64,000 nucleotides of DNA from Gemmatimonadaceae bacterium. GTDB lineage: Bacteria > Gemmatimonadota > Gemmatimonadetes > Gemmatimonadales > Gemmatimonadaceae. Location of the stretch: NCBI GenBank assembly GCA_044224875.1, contig JBGAJQ010000005.1:64001-128000 (forward strand), written 5' to 3'. Below the pieces are notes generated by a model. The model saw nothing but the letters and a program-made list of their open reading frames with translations. It was not told where the DNA came from and did not search any database. The translations under genes were made by a program, and so were the position numbers. The first letter of the stretch is position 1. Each line of letters begins with the position of its first letter. Positions 37,054 through 48,326 of this stretch are shown in pieces.

Positions 37054-37543
37054 CGGGATCTCCTGTGTAATGGGTGAGGTACGGCCCCGACAAAGGCAAG
37101 TTGGGGTCCTCGTTCCTCAGCAGCGCCAAGTCCCGTGCTTCTAACACGTTAGGCGATCCTCGCACCGCGATGCGGGTCGTAATGCGGCGATACATCTGTA
37201 ATGCTTCATTCCATCTGCGATGCGCGGCCCCGGACGAGCGGCGCGACTCAAACGAGCGCAGCAGAAGCACTTGGACGCTGGCAACTAAGGAATACGCGGT
37301 GGTCCGCATCCTGCCCTAGCGTCAGGCATGCACCTCTCCAGCCCCCGTGTCGTAGCTGCCGAGCATCATCGTACCGACGTCTCTATTGAGTGCGTCGGGC
37401 GCCAGAATACCGGAGGGGGCGCGCAGGATTTTACGGGCCGTTCGTCGGCTGTTCACCGCGCCACGGAGCCCCTTCGCCGACTGCCGTTGGCAATTCGCGT
37501 GGCAAGTGAAGCGTTGGGGCAAGCAGGCCGCTACAATAGTACC

Positions 37544-38897
<1,354 letters not shown>

Positions 38898-38905
<8 letters not shown>

Positions 38906-39548
38906 ATCCCCCCGACGCGCGATGATGACGCTCCTCTCGGCGTTTGCATGTGCTTGCTCGTCAGATGCAACATCGTCCGGTGACCAACTCGCCGAAGTGG
39001 CGGCGCCCCTCCGTGCCGACGGCGTCCAGGCGCAACCGCTCTTCCTCTCGCTCGATCCGAATGCGCCCCCCTTGGCGGCCACCTCGGCCAGCTTCTACGC
39101 GGTGAAAGGCGACAACCGCGAGCTGACGATGTGGTACCGGCCGCGGGTTGGCCAAACGGACTCCACTCGGCTCCTGCGATTTCGGGTCGGGAACAAGTCA
39201 CTGTGTCGCCGGCCGGACGGCACTCCCATCGCCCCAGGGGATTCGATCCTCATCACCTTGACCGTCGTCGATGCCGCCAAGCAGATCGTCGACTACCAGC
39301 CGCAGGGGCTCCGCTTCTGCAGTGGACGTCCAGCACAGCTCAATCTCTGGTATCTGGAGACCAACCACGACTACGACAGTGACGGAGACATCGATGGTCG
39401 AGATGCCGCGATCGAGCGACGCTTCGCCATCTATGGTCGCGAAACGGTGGCCGATCCGTGGGTCAAGCTGACGACCATCGTCTCGAGCCAACTGGACGAG
39501 GTGGAAGCCGACATCCGCGGCTTCACCAACTACGTGGTTGCGTACTGA
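38898..39548 (+). CDS. Hypothetical lipoprotein
   Basis: Overlaps the activator stop; signal ending ACACSS; acidic DYDSDGDID loop. Confidence 0.75.
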
Positions 39549-39588
39549 CGCTACGCACACCTAACGGCTACTCGGGGTCAACAGACTC

Positions 39589-40599
39589 TTGGACGCTCTT
39601 CCCCTGCTCACCGACGCCCGCTCCCTCGCCGCACAAGGCGCGTGGGCCGAGGTGTGTCGCCTGCTCAGCACGCACCGCGCCGTCACGCGCACGGTGCCTG
39701 AGTTGGGCGCACTCCTTGCCGAGGCGTACCTGCGGACCGGGGAGGCGGCCGATGCCTGCCGCACGCTGCGCGAACTGATCCCGCAGCTTCAACGCGGGGG
39801 CGACACCATCACGTTGCGTCGCGTCGCCAACCTGCGAGGTGCTGCCCACTTTGAGCTGGGCGAATTGGAGGACGCGCTCGCCGCGTTCGAGCAGACACTG
39901 ACGCTCGGGTTGGCCGATTCGGACGATCTAGCGGTCGCACGTGCGACCAACAACCTAGCCCTCATCGCCAATATTCACGGCGACCACGAGGCCGCCCTGG
40001 CCAACTACCGGGTGGCGATCCCTGCCTACCAGCGACTCGGATTCACGCGCGGGCTTGCCGAGAGTCATCACAATATCGCGATCACCTATCGAGACACCGA
40101 TCATTTGGAGCTGGCGGACGAGCACGAATGTCGGGCGCTGGAGTACGCGCGTGAGGCGGGCGAGGAGCGTCTGGTGGCGATTGCGATGGTGGGTCGGGCG
40201 GAGATCCAGCTACGAACGGGTGATGCTGCGCTTGCTGAAGCGACCGCCCTGCGGGCGTCCGAGGACCTGGCTCGTATCCCCGATCCCGCGCGTCGCGCTG
40301 ACGCCCTGCGTCTGGCGAGCGTGGCCCGTAGTGCGCAGGACGACGACATGATCGCCATCTCGCTCCTCGACACGGCGGTCTCCGAGGCTCGCGGGTGTGG
40401 CGCAACGCTGATCGAGGCAGAATGCTTGCGTTCTCGCGCCGAGTGCCGGATGCGGCGAGGAATGCGCGATCAAGCCATGGAAGACGCCGACCGCGCGTTG
40501 TCGCTCTTCAATCGCCTGAAGGCGAGTCGTTGTAGCGAAGAGATGGAGCAGTGGATCCTGCAAGCATCGGAGACACAGCAGGACCGCCACGAAAACTGA
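39589..40599 (+). CDS. Tetratricopeptide repeat protein
   Basis: Successive TPRs (ANLRG..HF.LG, ATNNLA, HHNIA). Confidence 0.85.
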   Translation: MDALPLLTDARSLAAQGAWAEVCRLLSTHRAVTRTVPELGALLAEAYLRTGEAADACRTLRELIPQLQRGGDTITLRRVANLRGAAHFELGELEDALAAFEQTLTLGLADSDDLAVARATNNLALIANIHGDHEAALANYRVAIPAYQRLGFTRGLAESHHNIAITYRDTDHLELADEHECRALEYAREAGEERLVAIAMVGRAEIQLRTGDAALAEATALRASEDLARIPDPARRADALRLASVARSAQDDDMIAISLLDTAVSEARGCGATLIEAECLRSRAECRMRRGMRDQAMEDADRALSLFNRLKASRCSEEMEQWILQASETQQDRHEN

Positions 40600-40677
40600 G
40601 CGACGCGCTAGAAGGCGGTTGGCCGGCGAGCTTCCCGTCAAGCAAGACGGAGCATGACCGAAACCCCCATCACCACC

Positions 40678-40711
40678 GAAGGCGGCGCCCGGGTTGCCGA
40701 GCGCCGCCTTC
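40678..40711. terminator. GC-rich hairpin between convergent genes
   Basis: GAAGGCGGCGC...GCGCCGCCTTC 11-bp stem; no clear U-tract. Confidence 0.55.
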
Positions 40712-40733
40712 TGACACAGAGATACGCCTCGCG

Positions 40734-42206
40734 CTACCGGGGGATCTTCGTCTTGGTGAGGATTCCCGTCGAGCGATCGAAGGTTCGGCCGCCGGCCGAG
40801 ACGTTGTCAACGAAGAATGTGATGCCTCCAACGCCGCACGGGCCCGTACTCTGTAGCTGGACCCAGCCCTGATTGTTGGTTGTGCCCTGGACGATCCTAT
40901 CCATCCAGTAAGCATCGAGGAACCTTCCACTGACTACGGCCCCTGGGAGCGTTGCGCCGGTTTCGCTCGTCACGGTCACGCGCACGCCGAAGTCATTGCG
41001 CATACTGCCGCCTTGGAAGCAGCTGCCGGGAAACTGGGGATCCTGAACGAACTTCGCGGCCATCTGGATTTGCGACACGCGGGCGCAATTCCCGGCGCAC
41101 GACGACACGGGCGTCATGCGAACAACCCGAGAGCTCGCGCCGATCACGGAGGAGGTCAGGATCTGGCCGCTAGCATTCATGGAGCCGCCCGATGTGGGCG
41201 CCGCACCCGGGTACGCCGGTGAAATCAGTGTTGACAGGGACAACGCGGTCCCCGATGGCCCTGCCGCAACGACGCCCGTGCTCTGCACGGTGGCCGTGAT
41301 GTCGAGCGCATTGTTGATGCCGCCCATGCCGTACCGGGTGAGGTGTCCAGTTGGAGCTGCCGAGATCTGCTGCAGCGTGCCGAGGCTGGCGTTGTAGCGG
41401 AACGGATAGAGGAGGTTCTGTCCGCCAACGGTGACCAGGAAGCGGCCTTGGTCGCCCGCGTCGTTGACCGCGGTGGATCGGGCGCTGTACAGGAATCCTG
41501 AAGGGGGTGCCGGCATGGGAACCGCACTGCCTGGGTTCCCGAGCTGATAGTGGAACCCGTAGGACGCCACATGCCCGTTCGGACTGAGCGCTTCCGGCGG
41601 GTCGTTCGGATACCCCTGGGCGGCCAGGTTGACCATGCCCCCGGCGCTCGTCCACAGGAACGGCGCGGCAACCGTCGGAATCAGCGAGCCATCGCGCACC
41701 CACCCCACTATGCGACCCTGGCCGTCGATGCCGGCGACCTCGGCGACAGATGTTCCCGGAAGCAGCCCGAGGTCCGTGATGGTGTAGCCCGGACCATTCG
41801 GTCGCCAGACCACGGCGTGCGTGTTGACGCCGGGGATGCCGGCGACGCCGGCTATCCATCCCTGGCTATTGATGAACGCTGGATAAATGCCGCTGAACCC
41901 CGGGAGCGGGGGAAGGACAATTCGCGCGCCACCCCGCCACGCCACGGTCTGTTGCGGTGGCAGGCAGAACGAGCCGCAACCCGTATCCAAGTACGAGGTC
42001 CCGATGATGTCCCCCGCGTCGTTCATGCCGCCGGCGGTGGCGGCGGTAGAGATGAAGTCGAGCGCGTACCGAGCGAACACCTGAGACGTCGAGGGTGACG
42101 AGACCGCCGCGGACGGCAACAGGCTGGGGCTGGGATCTGTGATGTCTTGGCACGCCGTCGCGCCAAGCAAGAATGCGACGAAAATCACATTTCTTCGGAG
42201 GGACAT
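40734..42206 (-). CDS. Lipoprotein with HAF-type repeats and a C-terminal beta domain
   Basis: AGGAG RBS; lipobox ATAC; repeated (M/I)N..G.I.G units and THAVVW. Confidence 0.8.
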   Translation of the reverse strand: MSLRRNVIFVAFLLGATACQDITDPSPSLLPSAAVSSPSTSQVFARYALDFISTAATAGGMNDAGDIIGTSYLDTGCGSFCLPPQQTVAWRGGARIVLPPLPGFSGIYPAFINSQGWIAGVAGIPGVNTHAVVWRPNGPGYTITDLGLLPGTSVAEVAGIDGQGRIVGWVRDGSLIPTVAAPFLWTSAGGMVNLAAQGYPNDPPEALSPNGHVASYGFHYQLGNPGSAVPMPAPPSGFLYSARSTAVNDAGDQGRFLVTVGGQNLLYPFRYNASLGTLQQISAAPTGHLTRYGMGGINNALDITATVQSTGVVAAGPSGTALSLSTLISPAYPGAAPTSGGSMNASGQILTSSVIGASSRVVRMTPVSSCAGNCARVSQIQMAAKFVQDPQFPGSCFQGGSMRNDFGVRVTVTSETGATLPGAVVSGRFLDAYWMDRIVQGTTNNQGWVQLQSTGPCGVGGITFFVDNVSAGGRTFDRSTGILTKTKIPR

Positions 42207-42636
42207 GGTCGGGAACTCCTGAAGGGGTGCAGCTGCGTCGGGCAAGGGAAGGACCAAGCGTCGTTCGGGGGGCAGAGCAGCCATCGTTAGGTTCCGACAG
42301 ACTCCGGGCCACGGCGCAACGATAGGGGCTCAGGCGCCATCTCGGCCCCCGTGATTACCCGACGTCGCGTCAGGGATGTCGCTGTGTCGGGGCGATTCGA
42401 TCGAGCGCCGGCTGCAACACGCCGTTCCACGCGCCTCGTTGACTCTGGCTTGGCCGGCCGACGGCTACGGCGCCGGCCCGGGGTGCGTCCGTGGCACGGT
42501 ATGGCCCCATGAGAACGCCATGGCCCAATGGGGCCACGCCCCGCCGACACACAAAAATGGCACGTCGAGGCGAAGCTGCGACCCCTTGGCCATCCCTACC
42601 TTCGGCTCACGAATTCCAATTCAACCGGAGGCAGGT

Positions 42637-42930
42637 ATGAACAAGTATATCATCGAGCGCGCCATCCCGGGCGTTGGCTCCCTGACGCGAGATCAGCTGC
42701 ACGCGGCGTCCACCAAGTCCACAACCGTACTCGACGAGCTCGGCCCGGATATCCAGTGGGTCCACAGCTACGTGACGGACGACCGGATCTACTGCGTGTA
42801 CCTGGCGGCAAACGAGGACCTGATCCGCGAGCACGCGGCCCGTACGGGATTCCCTGCGACCAGGATCACCGTCGTTCGCGCCATGATCGATCCGACCATG
42901 CGGCTCGTCGCCGCTGCCGTTGGCGCCTAA
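42637..42930 (+). CDS. DUF4242 family protein
   Basis: KYIIER.IPG.G, IQWVHSYVT.D..YCVY.A.NE..IREHA...GFPA; GGAGG RBS. Confidence 0.9.
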   Translation: MNKYIIERAIPGVGSLTRDQLHAASTKSTTVLDELGPDIQWVHSYVTDDRIYCVYLAANEDLIREHAARTGFPATRITVVRAMIDPTMRLVAAAVGA

Positions 42931-42984
42931 GCAACACCATCACATCGAAGTCACACCCAATCCATACACTCGAGGAATACGACC

Positions 42985-43530
42985 ATGAAGAACGCATACA
43001 TGACCATCGGCATCGCCTCCGTCGTCGCCCTGTTGACCCTGGCGGCCGCCTGCAGTGACTCGCCCACCGGCAATGGGCTGGACCCCGCCGTGAATCGCGA
43101 CCTCGCAAAACTGCGCAAGGTGACCGATCCCCTGAGTTCCTTCGACGCGGGGTCCAACGCCGGGTGGTCCGCCAAGATCACCGGCTGCATGACCGACCCA
43201 ACGTTAGGCGGCATGGGCTATCACTACGGCAAGACGGCCCTGATCGACGGTTCCGTGAAGGTGGACGAACCCGAGCTCTTGCTCTACGTGCCACAGCAGA
43301 ACGGTCAGATGAAGCTGGTCGCCGTGGAATACATCATCCCGTACACCTTCCACGCGCGGGAAGCCGAGGCACCGGTCCTCTTCGGCCAGCAGTTCAAGCA
43401 GAACGACACGTTCCAACTGTGGGGACTCCATGCGTGGGTCGGGCAGGACAATCCCAGCGGCATCTTTGCCAGCTGGAACCCGCAGGTGAACTGTCAGTAC
43501 GCGAACGATGCCATGACGATGGTGCACTAG
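42985..43530 (+). CDS. Conserved hypothetical lipoprotein
   Basis: Lipobox AAAC; GGMGYHY, PE.LLY, LVAVEY, LHAW, NP.G.FA.WNP motifs. Confidence 0.85.
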   Translation: MKNAYMTIGIASVVALLTLAAACSDSPTGNGLDPAVNRDLAKLRKVTDPLSSFDAGSNAGWSAKITGCMTDPTLGGMGYHYGKTALIDGSVKVDEPELLLYVPQQNGQMKLVAVEYIIPYTFHAREAEAPVLFGQQFKQNDTFQLWGLHAWVGQDNPSGIFASWNPQVNCQYANDAMTMVH

Positions 43531-43560
43531 CCGTAGCTGCTCACGCAGGGCGGGTGGCAT

Positions 43561-43591
43561 CGCCTGGTATCCGGTGCTCGGGTACCAGGCG
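43561..43591 (+). terminator. Hairpin downstream of the DUF4242-lipoprotein pair
   Basis: CGCCTGGTATCCG-GTGCT-CGGGTACCAGGCG, 13-bp stem with one G:U pair. Confidence 0.5.
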
Positions 43592-43688
43592 GTTGCGTAT
43601 CTGGTAACGCGAGCCTCGCCCTCCTTCCGCGGTGCGCTTTGGCGTACTCTCTTACGGCGGGCTCACTGTGAACACCAGACCATCTCCG

Positions 43689-44987
43689 ATGACCGCAATG
43701 CGACTTCTGACGTGGGCGTTATGCCTCAGCATCGCTTCGACCACGCTCGAGGCGCAGACCACGACCATCGATAACATCACGATTGTCGATGTCGCCAAGG
43801 GCAAGCTGCAACAGCATCAGACGATCGTCATCGAAGGCCGGCATATTGCTCGAATCGTGAAGTCGTCCGACGAGACGCGAGCCAAGGCCACACTCGACGG
43901 CACGGGCATGTTCGTGATCCCGGGACTGTGGGACATGCACATCCACGCCTACTTCACGAACGACACCTCGAAATTCCACAGCACCAGCGAGGTGATGTTT
44001 CCCCTCTTCCTCGTGAACGGCGTTACGGGTGTGCGCGACCTGGGCAGCAACCTGGACGCGACCCTCGCGGCCCGCGACAGCATCAACGCCCATCAACTCA
44101 TCGGTCCCCGGATGTTCGTGTCTGGCCCGATGCTCGACGGCCCAACGACGCGATACCAGGCGGCGATCAAGGTGGCCATGGCAGACGAAGCTCGCGCGGC
44201 GGTACGGATGCTGAAGCAACGCGGCGTAGACATGATCAAGACGCAGACGCTGATTCCGCGCGACGCCTACTTCGCGATTGCCGATGAGGCCTCCAGGATC
44301 GGCATCCCCTTCGAAGGCCACGTGCCGCGAGAGATCACCGCCGTCGAGGCGATCGCCGCGCATCAACGGAGCTTCGAGCACTTGATCGGAGTGAGCGACA
44401 CGGCGACAGCGTTGATCGCGGATCTGGCGAAGCAACAGGTGTGGCAGTGTCCCACGGTGATCAACAGCGTGGGAACCGCCGCGGACTTCACCAGCGATCC
44501 AGGGCTCCCGTTCTGGTTGCGACCGGGAGTGGAGTCTTGGCGGAAAGCGGCCTCCGAACGACTCGCGGCCACCGACTCAGCGACGCAAGCTTCTCAGGAA
44601 CGCAGTCGTCGCCGTGTCGCGCAGATCGGCATGATGTTCCAAGCTGGCGTACCGTTCTTGGCGGGCACGGACGCACCGCAGGGCTACGATCTGGTGCCGG
44701 GTAGCAGCCTGCATCGTGAGCTGCAACTCTTTGTTCGCGCGGGCCTGACGCCGTTGCAGGCGTTGCAGACGGCGACGCTGAACCCGGCCAGATACTTCAA
44801 CAAGACGCAGGACTTCGGGACCGTAGCAGAGGGAAGGGTGGCGGACCTCGTGGTGCTGGCCGGCAACCCGCTCGCCGACATCGCCAACACGCGCCGTGTG
44901 GTGGCCGTAGTCGCTGACGGTCGCTACTTCGCGCCCCGCGAGCTGGAGCGAATGCGGCTCCGGATCATGGAGCTTGCGGGGAAGTAG
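43689..44987 (+). CDS. Secreted amidohydrolase
   Basis: IPGLWDMHIH, GVTGVRD, MIK, GH, EH, AGTD, AT.NPA. Confidence 0.9.
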   Translation: MTAMRLLTWALCLSIASTTLEAQTTTIDNITIVDVAKGKLQQHQTIVIEGRHIARIVKSSDETRAKATLDGTGMFVIPGLWDMHIHAYFTNDTSKFHSTSEVMFPLFLVNGVTGVRDLGSNLDATLAARDSINAHQLIGPRMFVSGPMLDGPTTRYQAAIKVAMADEARAAVRMLKQRGVDMIKTQTLIPRDAYFAIADEASRIGIPFEGHVPREITAVEAIAAHQRSFEHLIGVSDTATALIADLAKQQVWQCPTVINSVGTAADFTSDPGLPFWLRPGVESWRKAASERLAATDSATQASQERSRRRVAQIGMMFQAGVPFLAGTDAPQGYDLVPGSSLHRELQLFVRAGLTPLQALQTATLNPARYFNKTQDFGTVAEGRVADLVVLAGNPLADIANTRRVVAVVADGRYFAPRELERMRLRIMELAGK

Positions 44988-45203
44988 CTGCGCGGCTCTC
45001 ACGAACGCATGTGAGCGTCCTGCGCGGTCGCTGACTGATTCGAACTGCGCCGATTGGCGCGATCGGGGGCCGCGAGGTTGGTACGGTGACGCTGAGTCGG
45101 GTGGCGCGGGTCGCCAACCGCCGCTAGCCAATGCCCTGGGAATCGCACAAACTCTCAACTCACGGTTAGCTCACGCCTGAACGGAAGAATGGGCGCGAAT
45201 CTC

Positions 45204-48200
45204 ATGACTGTCCGTAGATCGAGCGGGCGCTCCGCCATCGGCCTGGCACACTGGGCGGTGAGCGGTGCATTTCTCTTGTTCAGCTCTCCGTCCAAAAGCC
45301 CCGCACAGAGTGCGGACGGGACTGCCGCCGTTCACGGCATCGTCCTGGATGCAGAGCGGCGCCCTGTTCGGGGTGCCGCGGTCGTTTTGCAGGACTCGGT
45401 TCAGTCAATCCGGTACGAGAGCAGCACCAATGGCGAAGGGCGCTTTGCGATTGAGTTGCTCCCTGCCGGGCGCCCATTGCGTCTGACAGTGCGCCGATTG
45501 GGCTTGCAACCGGCGGAACGCGACCTGAGATCCCTCGAGCCCGGTCGCATCCTCCAGCTCGAGGTCGAACTCGAGCATTCGGTGGGTGCGCTGCCCACTG
45601 TGACGATCGTAAGTGAAGTTCCTCGTCAGGAAGCCACCGGCTACGGCATCCCAGGAGATGCGCTCCGCAACCTCCCCCTCTTCAATAGAAGCCTCAATGG
45701 CCTGGTGCAGCTCGTCCCTCAGGCATTGGGACGCGGGCTTCCATCATTCGGCTCACAGAACGCGCGGTTTAACACCGTGCGGATCGATGGAACGATTGGC
45801 AATGACGTCTTTGGCATGGGGCTGACGCCGGGAAATCAGGCTGCAGCACCAACGCTGTCGCTCGAGGCGCTTGCCGGCGTCCGAGTCACCATGGCACCGA
45901 TGGACGTCCGCTACGGTGGATTTACCGGCGCCGCCATTGAGCTCGAGACTCGCTCAGGAACGAATCGACGAACGATGTCGGTGCTCACGACCTACCAGCA
46001 GGACGCCCTCATTGGACGTTATGCCGGCGCGCCGCGGGCTCCCTCACTGGACTATTCGCAGGTCGCTGTCACTGCCGAGGGGCCTATCGTTCGCGACCGC
46101 CTTCACTACCTGGTGACGGTTGATGCCCTGCGACGCGACAGTGCCTATCAGGCATCGGCATCCAGCAATGTCCCGGAGGTACCCCCTGGCATGGTTGAAC
46201 GCATGCGTGCTGCGATCATCCGGCGCTTTGGGTTCGACCCGGGTGGCGAGGACGTGCCCATCACTCGCCAGCCGAGCCGTTCGGCGTTCGCGAAGCTGAG
46301 TTGGACCGCGGCGGCGCACCACGCGTTTGACCTCAGCTACCATGGTATTCGAGCCAGCACCGATGGATTCGGCCGCACGGCCGTCGATCGTGGTCAGGGG
46401 TGGATGCTCTCGGGCAGTGGCTACCGCGTGACCACACGGGTGGATGCGCTGCGCGCCTCGGCGCGATCGGTGTTCGACCACGGTCGCAATGAGACCTTTG
46501 CCAGCTTGCAGTACAGCCGCGACCTGCGTGACTCGCGGATATACGCGCCCCTCTTTGTCGTTAGGTACACACCGCCGACCGAGGCGTACTTGGCCGCCGG
46601 GTCATTCAGGAACGCCCAGGGCACGGTGCTCGACCAACACCAGGCGGAACTCGGAAATGACGTCACGCTCACCTGGCCACGCCATGAGCTGACCGTAGGT
46701 GGACGCCTTACCCGATTCTCGTTCGTGGACAACCTGTTGCTGCTGCGGTGGGGAGCATGGGTGTTTCCCAATATCGATTCCCTGGAGATCGGCAGTCCGA
46801 CGCGTTTTGATGTCGGCCTCGCATCGACGGCTGAGGGCAATGGGTCGGTGGCCCGGTTCGCGGCACACGTTGCGGCGGGATACATCCAAGACCGCTGGAG
46901 CGTGGGGTCACGCGTGCAGCTGACGGCTGGCATTCGGGTGGAGCGAACGACGTCCGATGCGCCCCCCACCAATGCCAGGTTGCTGAGCCCCAACTCGCCG
47001 CTCAATGTGGACACCGGGTTGCTGCCAGGCACCACGCGGGTGTTGCCGCGAATTGGATTGGTCGTTTCACTCGACGCCGCGGGGCGCACGCGCCTGCGGT
47101 TGGGGGCGGGTCGGTTCGCGGCGCTGCCGCCCTATGTATGGATCAGCAATGCGTTCTTGAGTACCGGACTCACCCAACGAACCCTCACGTGCGTGCCGAC
47201 CACTGGTGTGCCAGCGCCGGTCGCCGATCCGGGCGCCATACCGACGGCGTGCACGCGCTCCACGCTCTATGTCAATTCAGCGCCGATCGTGGCCGTTGCG
47301 CCCGGGACCCGTTTCCCGGCGGACGATCGCGTCGTGGCAGCCATTGACCATGGATTGGGGAATGGCTGGACCGTGACGGTCGACGCCATGGTGGGGATGG
47401 CACGATCGGCGTTAACGGTGATCGATCGGAACCTAACGAGAACTGGCACGGACGCTGAGGGGCGGGAGCTCTATGGCACGTACAACGGGGCGACAGCGCT
47501 GACGCAGCGAGTGGATGGGCGCATTCCCGCCGTCTTCGTGTACGAGAATTACGGCAATGGCGATCGCTCGTTTTCCGGGTCGGCGCAACTCTCGCGACGC
47601 TGGGGTGAGCACCGCTTTGTCCAGATAGGGTACACACATTCGCGGGCCGTCGAGCGTATGACACCGACGGGACGCTCAGGGCTCGCGTCCCTCCAGAACA
47701 CCCCAATCGATGGATCGGCGGAATCGCGCCGGCGCGCGCGCTCCACCTACGATGTTCCGCACAGCCTGACCGCACTGTTTGCCACACCGCTGCCGCGTGC
47801 GTTCGATATCAGCCTCACGTTCCGGGCGCAATCCGGTCGGCCGTTCTCGTACATCGTTCGCGGCGACGCCAACGCCGACAGCCTCAACGCCAACGACCTC
47901 GCCTGGATCCCGCGTGACTCGGCGGACATCCGGCTGGCGAACCCCGCGTCCTGGGACACGCTGAACGCCTTCATTGCCAAGGAGCCGTGCCTGGCGCGCC
48001 AGCGCGGGCACCTTGCCGCGCGAAACTCCTGCCGAAACCCATCCTTTGCCACGATGGATCTGCGCCTCAGCCGGCCCTGGCACTCCCGCCTCGGTACGTT
48101 TGAGCTTTCGGCCGACGTGTTCAACCTGCTCAACTTCATCGACCACTCGCGCGGCCTGCTTCGCGAGGTCACGGCCAACGAGAGTGAGGCGCTCATCGAT

Positions 48201-48326
48201 GTCCAGGGATGGGATGCCGCCGCCAAACGTCCGATCTATGCCCTCCGCCGGGCGCCGCCCGCCCCAGAAGTCCTCTCCGACCTCTCGCGGTGGAAGGTGC
48301 AACTCGGCCTGCGCTTCCGTCCATGA
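45204..48326 (+). CDS. Oar-like TonB-dependent receptor with N-terminal carboxypeptidase-regulatory-like domain
   Basis: N...IDG...ND.FG, DVRYGGFTG......TRSGTN, GDANAD....NDL..IP, C-terminal W.VQLGLRF; start 45189 or 45204. Confidence 0.9.
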   Translation: MTVRRSSGRSAIGLAHWAVSGAFLLFSSPSKSPAQSADGTAAVHGIVLDAERRPVRGAAVVLQDSVQSIRYESSTNGEGRFAIELLPAGRPLRLTVRRLGLQPAERDLRSLEPGRILQLEVELEHSVGALPTVTIVSEVPRQEATGYGIPGDALRNLPLFNRSLNGLVQLVPQALGRGLPSFGSQNARFNTVRIDGTIGNDVFGMGLTPGNQAAAPTLSLEALAGVRVTMAPMDVRYGGFTGAAIELETRSGTNRRTMSVLTTYQQDALIGRYAGAPRAPSLDYSQVAVTAEGPIVRDRLHYLVTVDALRRDSAYQASASSNVPEVPPGMVERMRAAIIRRFGFDPGGEDVPITRQPSRSAFAKLSWTAAAHHAFDLSYHGIRASTDGFGRTAVDRGQGWMLSGSGYRVTTRVDALRASARSVFDHGRNETFASLQYSRDLRDSRIYAPLFVVRYTPPTEAYLAAGSFRNAQGTVLDQHQAELGNDVTLTWPRHELTVGGRLTRFSFVDNLLLLRWGAWVFPNIDSLEIGSPTRFDVGLASTAEGNGSVARFAAHVAAGYIQDRWSVGSRVQLTAGIRVERTTSDAPPTNARLLSPNSPLNVDTGLLPGTTRVLPRIGLVVSLDAAGRTRLRLGAGRFAALPPYVWISNAFLSTGLTQRTLTCVPTTGVPAPVADPGAIPTACTRSTLYVNSAPIVAVAPGTRFPADDRVVAAIDHGLGNGWTVTVDAMVGMARSALTVIDRNLTRTGTDAEGRELYGTYNGATALTQRVDGRIPAVFVYENYGNGDRSFSGSAQLSRRWGEHRFVQIGYTHSRAVERMTPTGRSGLASLQNTPIDGSAESRRRARSTYDVPHSLTALFATPLPRAFDISLTFRAQSGRPFSYIVRGDANADSLNANDLAWIPRDSADIRLANPASWDTLNAFIAKEPCLARQRGHLAARNSCRNPSFATMDLRLSRPWHSRLGTFELSADVFNLLNFIDHSRGLLREVTANESEALIDVQGWDAAAKRPIYALRRAPPAPEVLSDLSRWKVQLGLRFRP

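Noticed and set aside
37125..37141. Sigma54 -24/-12-like AAGCACGGGACTTGG on the minus strand
   Set aside because: Both the invariant GG and GC dinucleotides are broken
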